Shown here piece by piece: positions 1 through 11,403 of a DNA stretch of 64,000 bases. Location of the stretch: NCBI GenBank assembly GCA_025603075.1, contig MU626295.1, forward strand, positions 62,001-126,000, read 5' to 3'. The notes below the pieces were generated by a model. It worked only from the letters and a program-made list of their open reading frames with translations. It ran no database searches and had not been told where the DNA came from. The stretch comes from Neoconidiobolus thromboides FSU 785. Its lineage: Eukaryota > Fungi > Entomophthoromycota. The translations under genes and the position numbers were made by a program. Numbering within the stretch: position 1 is the stretch's first letter; every line of letters begins with the position of its first letter.

Positions 1-175
1 GATGTGTATTGGAAATCAATTTTCACTTTTGGAACAAAAAGTATTCTTGATTTTGATATTACTAAAATTTAATGTTGAGTTACCACAGGATTCTATTCAT
101 TGTAAACATCCTATCCTCCCTGCTTTAGGGATATCTAGTCCAAAGGATCTCAAATTAAATTTTATTCCGATTTAA
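1..175 (+). CDS. 3' end of a cytochrome P450 (gene starts before window)
   Basis: The frame starting at base 2 reads MCIGNQFSLLEQKVFLILILLKFNVELPQDSIHCKHPILPALGISSPKDLKLNFIPI*. This is the heme-ligand CxG motif followed by the L-helix (FSLLEQKVFL) typical of P450 C-termini. Stop TAA at 173-175. Too short for the ORF track. Confidence 0.8.
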   Translation, partial: MCIGNQFSLLEQKVFLILILLKFNVELPQDSIHCKHPILPALGISSPKDLKLNFIPI

Positions 176-405
176 TATATTTGCGTGATTTTATAACTAT
201 AGTTATCACCATTTTTATTGTAAAATCATATTAAAATTGTATTATTTTCAATATTTTAATAAATAAATATCTATAAAATTAATTTAAAATAATTGCTTTA
301 AAAATCAATTATTTTATTTTATTTACAAAAATGATTAAGTAATAATACTGGAATTAATAACTTACAACTTAAAAGTAATAGTATTTTTGTTAATATGAAG
401 TCAAT

Positions 406-512
406 ATATGGGGATGTATTTTTTTGTTTAAGAATTTTACTAATAGCTTTTCTACTCAAATAGCGCTTAAAAATAGAGAAAAGTAATGAAACTAAAAAAA
501 ACACCCCCATAT
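406..512 (+). mobile_element. ~105-bp MITE-like element, full copy
   Basis: ATATGGGGATGTATTTTTTTG ... AAAAAAAACACCCCCATAT inverted termini, with the core TTTAAGAATTTTACT...CTCAAATAGCGCTTAAAAA shared with about 18 other copies. Confidence 0.85.
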
Positions 513-617
513 GTTTATTTAGATTATATAAACTTATTATTCTATGAATTCAAACGTCATTATTTTAAATCAACTTGTTAAGTAAATAACAAAAACTATT
601 CTATTAGTAACGAAGCA

Positions 618-690
618 GCTCCCTTGGCCCAATGGATAAGGCATCAGACTTCTAATCTGAGGATTGCGGGTTCGAGTCCCGCAGGGAGTT
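618..690 (+). tRNA. tRNA-Arg (anticodon UCU), intronless
   Basis: Acceptor stem GCTCCCT/AGGGAGT, D-arm GCCCAATGGATAAGGC, anticodon arm TCAGA-CTTCTAA-TCTGA, T-arm GCGGG-TTCGAGT-CCCGC. A T6 Pol III terminator lies at 701-706. Confidence 0.95.
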
Positions 691-1247
691 AAAAGTATCC
701 TTTTTTCCTTATGGAAAAGATGATTTTTATTTCATTAGTAAAATAGTTGAATCAAGGTTTAAGTTTGTTTAAATAAAATTAATGGAGTTTTATTTTAATA
801 AACATAGTATATAAACCCTTTTAAAAGTACGTTAACAAAAAAAGTGTTCAATAAAGAAAATTGATAATTGATTCAATCAATAAATCAAAGTTTTGTATAA
901 CTTCAAAAATAATGATGTATATAGATAGGATCGTTAATAAAAATTATTAAGGTTGATTAAGTGATGCTTTTTGGTAAATAAATTCAATTAATGCAAAAAT
1001 ATTTAAACTCGCGTTTTGAACCTATAAATTAGACGCGTTTTGGTAGAGTTTTATAGCAAAAAGTTCAACTTAAAACTTGGATCAATTCAAACAAAGCAAC
1101 TTGTTAACTCACTTTCTAAAAACAAACTTTTGAAAAAAAAGTTTTTCAACAAAATCCTTTAAATCAATCTACACTTTATCTTTTTATATATATTAACTAA
1201 CATCAACATCAACATCAAACTAATCAACATTAAAATAAATCAAAAGA

Positions 1248-4180
1248 ATGAAATCCATCTTACAAAAAGAATTCGATCGTTTTATATATGAAAGTAAAGC
1301 GTATTCCATTGATAAACCGAAGGCAAAGAGTAATCCACTTGGTAATTTCAATTACAAATCCGATATTGAGAAACAAATCATTCATGGTAAAGAGCATTAT
1401 TATGACTCTTTATTAATGAATATCGATTTAACTAAAATTGATTTAAAAGATAAAAATTTAAATATCAATGGTAATTTAATCTTATTCTCAATAGATATTC
1501 TTACTAAGATTGATTTTTTATTCCATTAGCTGCTTATTTTCCGATTGAGAATAATGATATGAATACGATAAACGTAAATAAAAAATCCAATTATCGATTT
1601 GAAGTTGTGAGTTCTTTAGGTAGAGGTGCTTTTGGGGCTACTTTTTCAGCATTAGATAAAAGTTTTAATCCACCTATACAAGTGGCTATTAAAGTACAAA
1701 TTGATCCAAAGCAAAATTATATTGGAAAAAATGTAAGTAATTAAAACAAACAAAATTAAGATAATGTTCCATTTTTAACTTGATATTTAATTTAGGAAGC
1801 AAGTGCTATTAATTGGTTATCAAGAAAGATCAATGGACGTAAGTCCTCAGGTTCCCAAAAAATTGTCAATTTAAATTTCACCTTTTATCAACAAGGGCGT
1901 TTATGTTTAGTATTAGAATTATTAGAAAATTTTCCCATATTTGAATATACATTTCCAAAAGGTTATAAAGAAAGTAAAGTAGAATGGCGACCTATAAAGA
2001 ATTGTAAAGAAAAAATTAAAAGAATTAAAAGGCTAACTAAAATTGCTTTTCAATTAATTACTGCTCTATTACATCTTCAATCTCAAGGTGTCATTCACTC
2101 AGATATTAAACCAGATAATATATTGAGAAGTAGGTCCAAACAGACTTCTCTTAGATTATGTGATTTTGGTAATGCTATTATTTTAAATCAAATTGATAAT
2201 TATAAAAAAAGTTTTGATGTTCAAACCTTACCTTACAGAGCCCCTGAAGTAAGTTATTTTATAACAATAATAATATTTTCATATTCAATATAAAATTCAT
2301 AGCTATTAGCCCAAATTAGAATTGAAAAAGCAATTGATATGTGGTCAGTTGGTAAGTTTAATAAAATAAATAACATCAAATCTAATTTATTTATTTATTA
2401 ATATATATTAATATATATTATTATATATTTATTTTATTAATTATTAGGAATTATATTATGTACAGCAATTACTGGTAAATTACCTTTTTATTCTAGTGAT
2501 CAAGATAGTTTAGAAAGAATTAATAAATGTCTTGGACCTTTTCCATATTCTTATTATCATACCTCTACTATATTAAAATCTGATTTAATGGATGATACAC
2601 ATATGATTGGAAGGTAAACCTTAAAAAAAATAGTTATACTAAAAAAATTAATAAATATAAAATATAGTAAACGACCTTTATTAACAAGTCAAGAAAGATA
2701 TAAAAATTTAGGACAATTATTAGGATTAGATTGTACAGAACCAATTATTCAATTTTTGGATGGATTATTACAGTTAGATCCTAACAAAAGATTTACACCT
2801 TTAAAAGCATTATCTCATCCCTTTTTATCGGATTTAATGGGCATTGATTTAAGATATATTATTTCTTTACAAACTAATTTTTCACCAAATTCAAAACATC
2901 AATTAAATTCATCTCAATCTATTCAATTAAATCATTCAAATCAACAGCAGCAAGCTATTAGTAGATCTAACAATATTAAAAGTTTAAGTGGAAATAGTAT
3001 ACATAATTTAAGTATTAGTAATTTAACTATGAACAATAATCAACAGTATTTGAATAATTTTAATGGAAGAAGTATGATTAATAATAACAAAGAATTATTT
3101 TTAAAAGAAAAACAAATTAAATTACATAGTTCAAATCAATTTATTGATAAAGCAAAGATTAATTTAATAAAGAATAATATTGTCAATATAGATAAAGAAA
3201 ATATAAAAGAAAAGAAAATAATCAATAATAAGGAAATAAAAATAAGGGTTAATAATGAACGAACTGAATTAGAAAAACAGATGAATGAAGCTATTTATAA
3301 TGAAACTAAACAAATTAATAATAATAATAATAATAATAACAATAATAATAATATAGATAAAGATCAATACACAAATAATAATAATAATTTAACTAAAACA
3401 AATTCTACTAATAATATGAGAGTTAAATTGAAAAGAGATATTCAATATCAATTAGAAAATAATGGAGATAAAGAATATAAAGAAGAAATGGAAGTTAAAG
3501 TTAAAAGAGAAAAATTAAGTAATGAGAATGGGAGGAATAATAGTACTATAAAGTTAGCCAAAGAAATCAAAACAAATAATAATAATAACAATAATAAAAT
3601 TAAGGAAAGTTCAAATACATTAAAATCATTACAATTTTATGATAAAAAAGTTAAAGAAAATACATCAAATTATGAGTTGAAGTTAAAAGAGAATCTAAAT
3701 TATGATTTAAAATTAAAAGAGAAGTATGATAAAGATTATAATAAAAAGATAAATAATGAAAAGAATAATGAATTAAATAATGATGAAGATATTAATATAA
3801 CATCAATAACTACTACAGCTACAATCACTAGTCAACCAGTAAAAATCCCTAAAATAATTACTAAATCAAGTAAGCCTCGAGTTAAAAATATAAAAGAAAA
3901 ATCAGTAATTGAATTATTAAAAGAAGAAAAGAAACAATTGAATTCAATTCTTCAACCAATAAGAACAAAGAATTCAAATCAATTAAATATTCAAGCTAAT
4001 AAAGTACAATATCAAACAGTAATGAATCATATTAATCATACTATAGAGGAAGATAAAGATAAAGATAAAGATAAAAATCGAAATCAAATAAAAACAAATA
4101 AAAAGTATTTTGATTTTGATAAATTAAATACATTATTTCCTTTGGATGATGAAGAAGAAGTAGATGTTGTTGAACTTTAA
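1248..4180 (+). CDS. Divergent CMGC (DYRK/PRP4/HIPK-like) Ser/Thr kinase with long Asn/Lys-rich C-terminal tail; multi-exon
   Basis: GT-AG introns at 1471-1529, 1733-1795 and three more join LGRGAFG, VAIK, HSDIKPDN, LCDFG, QTLPYRAPE, IDMWSVG and LDPNKRFTPLKALSHPF in frame. Ends at the stop of ORF 2756-4180. Confidence 0.85.
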
Positions 4181-4457
4181 TAAAGTAAAAGAAAAGTGAA
4201 GATTAAATAGGATAATGATTATTTATTGTTTATTATTTCTAGATAAAAAGTGAGAATTAAATAAAATAAAAAGAGAATATTAAATTATATTAAATTGTAT
4301 TATAATTTTTATAATTTTTTATAATTTTTATATTATTGATTTTTTTTGATTAGATATAGTAATTGATTACGTCACCCTTGTTATTAGATTAAATAATTTA
4401 AGTTAATTTTAGTAAAAATTAAAATTATTCTTTTGTAATTATTAATTGTTTATAAAG

Positions 4458-5399
4458 ATGTATACTTTATTATCTGGGTTATATCAAAAATATAATCAAA
4501 AAGAAATGTATTCTATATTAATAATTGGATTAGATAATGCAGGAAAAACAGTAAGTTGAAAATATTTAGCTTTATTTAATTAAATTATAAATATAAATAT
4601 AAATTAAAGAAATAGAAACAAATTAATAAAAGAAATCAATTGACTAATGAGATTTAATTTTTAAATAGACGTTATTAGAAAAAATTAAACAACAATATTT
4701 AAATCAAATACCATTACCACCCGAGAAAATAGCACCCACCGTTGGTTTAAATAGTAAGTTTGATTTTAAAAAATAGAATTAAAATTTAATTCATAATTAT
4801 TTATTATTTAACTAAATATTAATTAACGTTTTTATCTTTATTTTTATTTATTTCTATATGATTAGTGGCTAAAATTCAATATGAAAAGAACAGTATTATA
4901 AATTTTTGGGATTTAGGTGGACAAAGTGATTTACAAAATATATGGAAAAATTATTATTCAGAATGTCATGGTATTTGTTTTGTTATTGATGCTACAGATA
5001 AAGAAAGATTAGAACAATGTAAATTAGTATTTGGTAAATTTATTATTTATTATTTATTATTTATTATTTATTATTTATTATTTATTATTATAGAAAAATT
5101 AGTACTAGATGATAGAATTCAAGGAGTACCTATTGTAATGTTAGCTAATAAACAAGATATAACTGGAAAATCATTATCAGTAGAAAGTATTAAAGAAATT
5201 TTTAATAAAATTGCTATTAAATTAGAAGCTAGTGATTCTAAAGTATTACCTATTTCAGCATTAACTGGGTAAACTAGTATTTAAATCTTTCAATTAATTA
5301 TTTTATTTGAATTCTAGATTAGGTGTTGGAGATGCAATTGATTGGTTATGTAGTCGAATGATTTTAAATAAATTAGAAAGACCACCTGTATTAAAGTAA
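4458..5399 (+). CDS. ARL3: Arf-like GTPase Arl3/ARFRP1; 5 exons
   Basis: MYTLLSGLY N-terminus, GLDNAGKT, PTVGLN, WDLGGQ and ANKQD motifs. GT-AG introns. Ends RPPVLK* at 5397-5399. Confidence 0.9.
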
Positions 5400-5579
5400 T
5401 AATAACTATTTTAATAATATATAGTATAGTAACATTATTATTATTATTATTATTATTATTTTATTATAAATAAATTAAATTAAATTAAACTAATAAAACA
5501 TTATTTAACTTGATTTTATTTATTTTAAAAAAATTACAAAAAAGACATTCTCTTCTCACTTCTCATTCATTCTTCTCTC

Positions 5580-6236
5580 TTATACATTCGATTCAAAATT
5601 GTCTTCGTTATCAGTGGATTGATTATCCAGTTCATCAGCTTCAGTAATAATATCATAAGACCAATGTTTTTTCAAAGTATCATTGAAATTGAAATTCGTT
5701 AAAATTAAATTATAATTATCTCTTTCTGGTTCTTCAGGTTCCTTATAAAATTCTGCTTGTAAATAAATGAATAAACAAAGGATTTGAATTATTAAAGAAT
5801 TGAGATCAGTTATTAATAATAAAGCGAGATTTGATTCTAAATTAAGTAGAGATAAAAGTTAAAATCAATAGCTTAGAATATATACAATATTAAATAAAGT
5901 ACCTTGTCCAATAAAATCAATAATAATACCTGGTGTTATATTAGAAGTTAGATGTAATATGATTGAATAAAAATTGATAATAAATAAATATAAAAAACTT
6001 AATTTTAAATTTTTAGAAATGGGAATTTTTAAAAAGATCTAAATAAATGATAATAGTAATAATTTAGTATTATTTCAATAAATAAACAGAAATTAAGTTA
6101 CCAAGGTAAAACACCATTTTAAGATCAAATTTAATAAATTACAATCCAACAAATAAATAATAATTATTAACGAATAATGAAGAAAAGTATAACTCTTATA
6201 TAAGTCTCTTTTGACGAAATCCCATTTATTACTCAT
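5580..6236 (-). CDS. DUF1746-family membrane protein (DSC E3 ligase subunit Dsc4/Vld1-like); 3 exons
   Basis: Spliced translation MSNKWDFVKRDLYKSYTFLHYSLIIIYLLDCNLLNLILKWCFTL|IFLKIP...INFYSIILHLTSNITPGIIIDFIGQ|ESNLALLLITDL...NFESNV*. YxLDC and GIIIDFIGQ match the DUF1746 pattern as I recall it. Not in the ORF track. Confidence 0.7.
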
Positions 6237-6561
6237 TTGTTATTATTATTATTATTAGAAATAAATTAATAAAGATTGAATGATTGAAATTTGAAATATC
6301 AATAAATTCAAGTTAAACCTCCACTCTTTTTTAAAAATTGAAGATTAAGTAATTGTAAGCCAATGGAACAAAAATAAACATTAATTTTTATATATACAAA
6401 TAAGTGATGTAATAAAAATTCTTTTTGATAACATGGGTTTTTTTAATAGACTAATAAAATCCCATTCAATCCTATTAATACATTCAATCAAAATTTCGAG
6501 TGTTTTGAAACTCAATTAAACTTAATCAATTAGTTAAAATAAATACATTAATTAATTAAGG

Positions 6562-8829
6562 ATGTTAATAAAAAATATTTCAAAGAAGATCACTTGTTTA
6601 AAATCCATCATTCAACCGTTGAAAATAAATTCCAATTATTCGTTATCAAAACATTCTATTAATAATATCATCGTATCTACTTTAATTTATCAATCTCAAT
6701 TTCATACTTTAAGAGGAATTTATAATGGTAATAATGACACTTCCATCACTTATAAAGATAAAACTCAATTACAATCTTCATTAAGAAAAGAATTAGACAA
6801 TTTAATTCAATCAATAGATTGCAATACAGAAATTCCAGTTATTGAAACACAAGTTCAAACTATTCAAGATCAACTTTTATATCATGAATTACATTATGGC
6901 CCTTATTCTATTAATTATTATGAACAATTAAGTGGATTATTAAAAAGAATTAAATTAAATAAAAAAGTAATGTTAGATTTAATTCATCAATTACAAATTA
7001 AAAAAATCACCTTGAATCTTTTCCTTTTTAATGAACAAATGTATTATAATATTATCGATAATGACTGGGAAAACATAAAGAAATTGGAAGACAAATTAAG
7101 ATATACAAACGTTGATAGAGACAATAATACATTAGATTTGATGATTAAAAAAGAAATCAATTATTTTAATTATTTAAAAGAAATAGATCATGGGAATGAA
7201 AAAGGAAATATAAAGGAAATGAACGATAACATTCAAGAATGGTTAATATTATTTGAAAATAAAAAGATTACTTTGAGTGAAAAAAGTTGGCTTCAATTAT
7301 TGCAATTTTATTTAAAACTAGGAGAATATGAATTAGCAGAAAAAGTTTATTTAATGTTATTAAAAAAAGAAAATGGACAAATAGAAGAGAACATTAGTCA
7401 AATAATATCTAATGATAATAATAAAGAATTAATAGAAGACAATAATATAATCGAATTATTGAATGAAAGTAAGAATATTAATCCATTTATTATTCGATTA
7501 GGTATTAAATTATATAGTAAATTAAAAAGAAAACAATTAATTCAAGTTTTATTTAACAAGATTAATAATAAGAATGAAAAAGATTATATTAGTTTGATTA
7601 CTATATTATTACAAAATCAAGAATTTCAATTAATTGAAGAGTATTTTCAATTATATTTAAAACAATATTTAGGTTTCAATATAAATTTAAAGGATGAAAA
7701 TAGTATAATAGATATTAATAACAAGAAAGATGATTTTAAAATTAATAATAATTTAGTATTTAATTTATATTTAAAAAGTTTATTAATTCAAAATAAAAAA
7801 CAAGAAATTGAGAATTTAGTTGATTTAATGAAACAATTTAATTTAATGGATCTTATTAGTTATACAACATTAATTAAATCATATACACAAAAAGAAGAAA
7901 TAATCAAAGTAAACAAAATATTTAATGAAATTGAACAAAATAAATTACAATTAGATACTAAAATTATAGTAATTTATAGTGAATTATTATTTTTACATGG
8001 TCAATATAATGAAGCTTATCAATTAATTGAAAAATATAATAATTCATTAAATTTATTAAATGATGTTAATATAATTATTAATTTATGTTATGGTAGTATA
8101 ATTAATCTTAAAGAAAATAAAGCAGCACAGTATTATTCCATATTAAAAAATAAAAAAATTCATATTGAGAAAAGAATTCTTTTATTACAAGCAAGTATTC
8201 AAAATGAATGGCATGAGTTTTTACAAATTATTATTTCAGATATTGGAGAAAATGAATATAATAGTAAATTATATACAATTTTATTAAATTATTATTCAAG
8301 AAATCAAAAGAAATTAGAATATTTATTATTATATCAAAAATTAAAATTAGATAATAATTTAATTAATTTAGATATTTATTTAATTAATTCTTTAATTAAT
8401 GGGTTTAATTTATTAAAATTACCTTTTAGAAGTCTTCAACAATTTGATATGTTAGAGTGTATGAATTTAAAACCAAATGAAGCTACATTATCAATTATAT
8501 TAGATACTACTTCTCATCATCAATTGCCTGAAAGATTTGAGTCTATTTGGAATAAATATAGTAACAATAATAATAAAGACATTCAATTAAATTCCAATCA
8601 TTATTCTAATTATTTAGAAGGTTTAGCAAGATTAGGTTATATAGAAGAAGCAATTCAATTTTTGTATCAAAATAGTAGTAAAATTGAATTCAATTTAAAA
8701 ACATATTCTATATTAATTCAATATTGTAAAAAATTTAATTTAATTCATGATAAATTAATGTTAATTAAAACTTTTTTATTGGATCAATTTCCACAACATA
8801 GAAATCAAATATTAAAATTATTTTTTTAA
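6562..8829 (+). CDS. Pentatricopeptide-repeat (PPR)-like protein, probably mitochondrial
   Basis: 755-aa intronless ORF with a basic, Ser-rich N-terminus and helical repeats such as SYTTLIKSY, LINSLINGF...MNLKPNEATLSIILD and YSNYLEGLARLGYIEEA. Confidence 0.75.
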   Translation: MLIKNISKKITCLKSIIQPLKINSNYSLSKHSINNIIVSTLIYQSQFHTLRGIYNGNNDTSITYKDKTQLQSSLRKELDNLIQSIDCNTEIPVIETQVQTIQDQLLYHELHYGPYSINYYEQLSGLLKRIKLNKKVMLDLIHQLQIKKITLNLFLFNEQMYYNIIDNDWENIKKLEDKLRYTNVDRDNNTLDLMIKKEINYFNYLKEIDHGNEKGNIKEMNDNIQEWLILFENKKITLSEKSWLQLLQFYLKLGEYELAEKVYLMLLKKENGQIEENISQIISNDNNKELIEDNNIIELLNESKNINPFIIRLGIKLYSKLKRKQLIQVLFNKINNKNEKDYISLITILLQNQEFQLIEEYFQLYLKQYLGFNINLKDENSIIDINNKKDDFKINNNLVFNLYLKSLLIQNKKQEIENLVDLMKQFNLMDLISYTTLIKSYTQKEEIIKVNKIFNEIEQNKLQLDTKIIVIYSELLFLHGQYNEAYQLIEKYNNSLNLLNDVNIIINLCYGSIINLKENKAAQYYSILKNKKIHIEKRILLLQASIQNEWHEFLQIIISDIGENEYNSKLYTILLNYYSRNQKKLEYLLLYQKLKLDNNLINLDIYLINSLINGFNLLKLPFRSLQQFDMLECMNLKPNEATLSIILDTTSHHQLPERFESIWNKYSNNNNKDIQLNSNHYSNYLEGLARLGYIEEAIQFLYQNSSKIEFNLKTYSILIQYCKKFNLIHDKLMLIKTFLLDQFPQHRNQILKLFF

Positions 8830-10719
8830 TTTTTATAAATTGAAATTAAATTTGTTTCCCCATAACCTATTAACCGATTGGAAAATGGATGACTTAATAT
8901 ACCAATTGGATGTGAAATTGTTTCCTATTATTATTTTATGAAATAAATTAAATTATAAATAAATTATTATATTATATTATTATATTGTTATATTATTATA
9001 TTATTATATTATATTATTACCTGAAATTGATGTAATAAATTGCCATTTTTAAAATCCAAACAATAAATAATACCATCCATATCTAATAGATAAATAAATT
9101 GAAATTGTGATGAAATTGAAATATCAACAATTTTTTTATCTTCATTTGATAATTCATATTTTCTAATTATCTAAATATTAATATATTAATATTAATATAC
9201 TTCCATTTTATTATTATAAATAAACTTACATTTCCATTGAAGTCAATTAAATGACAACAATTGGAATTCGAACCAATTAAATAATAAGCTTCTTCATTTA
9301 ACTTCATTTGTACTTTTAATATTTTAAATAAAGTAATACCACCTAAATTATTATTAAATCCTGCTTGATTAAATCCTAATTTATCGCTCGTTATTATCTT
9401 TAAACATTCACTTGTTTTATAATCCCATATCTAATTTATTATTATTAGTAGTAGTAGTAATAATAAAATAAAAAACTTACCCTAATAACCCCTTCACTAC
9501 CCACAGATAAAACTTTAGTATTATCAAAATTCATTACACAGCCATTAACAAAAGAAGTATGTCCTGTAAACTGTTTGATTTTTTTACCAGAATTAAGACC
9601 AAATACTCTAAAGTAATAATGAATAACAATAATGTTAATATTAACATTCTATTTTCAATAATATTTTTGTAACTATTAATTTAATTTACCTAATAGTTTG
9701 ATCAAAACCAGCAGTTAATACCTTTGTATTATCTAATATAAAAGATATACAAGTAATTCCATTTTCATGAGCAGATAAATACTTTTTAACTAATCGTCCA
9801 TTGATTAAATTATAAATATGTAAGTTTCCTTCTTTACAACCACTTGCAATTAATTCATTATTACTACTTAAACTCATACTTAAGATACTAGACGACATAA
9901 ACATGGGATTTTTCTATTTAAAAATTATTATTATTAAAATACTGTTATTATTATCTTTTATCTTTTATCTTTACTTACTTCAAATTGATATTTTAAATCC
10001 TTTCTTAATTTACCTGTATTAATATTCCAAACTTCAATAAACCCATCAGTTGAACCAGTAACTACAGATATACCATCATTAGAAAATAATACCGATTCTG
10101 CATGTGTTTTTTTTGGTAGCTAATAAAAACGAGGATATTTAATTTAATTTAATTTAATTTAATTTATTATTAATTATTAAAATTAAATAAAATTAAAATT
10201 ACTTACTTTAATTGAACAATAAAATTTATTGGCCATTTCTTCAATATCTTCTTCTTTTTTTTTATTTTTGCCTTGGAATAAATCATAATCAGTATCCGTT
10301 AATAATAATCCTTGTGATTGCTGATATTTTATAGATTGATTTAATAAGGTTAATAAACGTGCTGGTGGAGCGGTGATTAAATGAGTAGAAAGTTCTAAAA
10401 TTGTAAGATTGGTATATGAATAATAGTATAATAAAATAACTAAACTCACTCTTGCCTATTTGTTGTCGTCGTTTTATTTTTTCATTATTATTAGGATAAA
10501 ACTATTTAAAAAAATGAAATTTTAATATTGTTTTTTTAGAGTCATATATTTATACTTACCTCTCTTAGATCCAAAAATGTTCTTGATATTAAATTTTCCA
10601 AATTTAAATATTTTTCAGCATCAATATTTCTTAATAAACTTAATGGTTCACTATGTCTCAATAACTCTCTTGCTCCTGTTACTTCTTTCATTTCTAATAA
10701 TTCTAAAAAAATCTAAACA

Positions 10720-10786
<67 letters not shown>

Positions 10787-11145
10787 GACAAAAATAGTTA
10801 CCTGTTCATATAATTCAATCAAAACCTTTGGTTTTAAATCCAAATTTTGAGTTTGTTCTAATACTAAATCCCATTCTCCATTTTCAATTTGAGATTGAAA
10901 TAAATTGATATCTTTTACAAGATTTAAACTATTACCAGTTTCTTCCTAACATAAAGTTTAATTAGTTTGATTTTCAATTAAATGGAAATGAAATTTACTT
11001 TTAAAGCTTCATAACTTTTAGTTAAATTATTCTCTTTTAAATATTGTTGAATCAATTGTATCACTCTATTAATTATGGATTAACCTTAACATTATTTAAA
11101 ATAATATTGTAAGTACTCTTGACTTTCAATTTCAGTTTGATTCAT
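8826..11145 (-). CDS. SMU1: WD40 spliceosomal protein SMU1 (LisH/CTLH + WD40); many exons
   Basis: [20 protein letters not shown] (LisH), [47 protein letters not shown]40 repeats and C-terminal [28 protein letters not shown]. All resemble SMU1 segments. Start codon is approximate. Confidence 0.85.
10721..10786. repeat. (ATT)22 microsatellite in a SMU1 intron
   Basis: Uninterrupted ATT run lying just upstream (minus-strand sense) of the intron acceptor at about 10713. Confidence 0.95.
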
Positions 11146-11403
11146 TCTATCTATAAAATTTAATAAAAATATAAAAATCATTATTTGAACTTTAATTACA
11201 TAACTTATAATTACTCTTCAAAAACTTCTGTCCATCCAAAAAGAACCAACTAAAATAAATCACAGTTAAAAAGTTCAACTTAACCAACTTTTGAAATTGA
11301 TTTTTTTTCACTATAAAAGAAATAAAATCTTATATTATCATTTTATTCAATATCATTCACAATAGTCACAAAATAATAATAAAACAAGAAAAGAAAAAGC
11401 AAA

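Noticed and set aside
319-510. 63-aa ORF as a stand-alone gene
   Set aside because: It starts inside a MITE terminus and runs into flanking DNA. Treated only under the MITE-peptide finding.
695-706. GTATCCTTTT, a U12-donor-like motif
   Set aside because: It overlaps the tRNA Pol III terminator and lies in no protein gene. The same applies to the intergenic AAAGGATAT at 41511-41519.
2940-4100. Poly-Asn and (GATAAA)n runs in the first kinase
   Set aside because: This is ordinary low-complexity coding sequence for a very AT-rich genome.
10552-10561. ATACTTACCT resembling the U1 snRNA 5' end
   Set aside because: It is simply the reverse complement of a SMU1 donor site (AG|GTAAGTAT), and no U1 stem-loops follow.
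10577-10813. ORF with a poly-Ile run
   Set aside because: It is a translation of the (ATT)22 microsatellite, antisense to SMU1.
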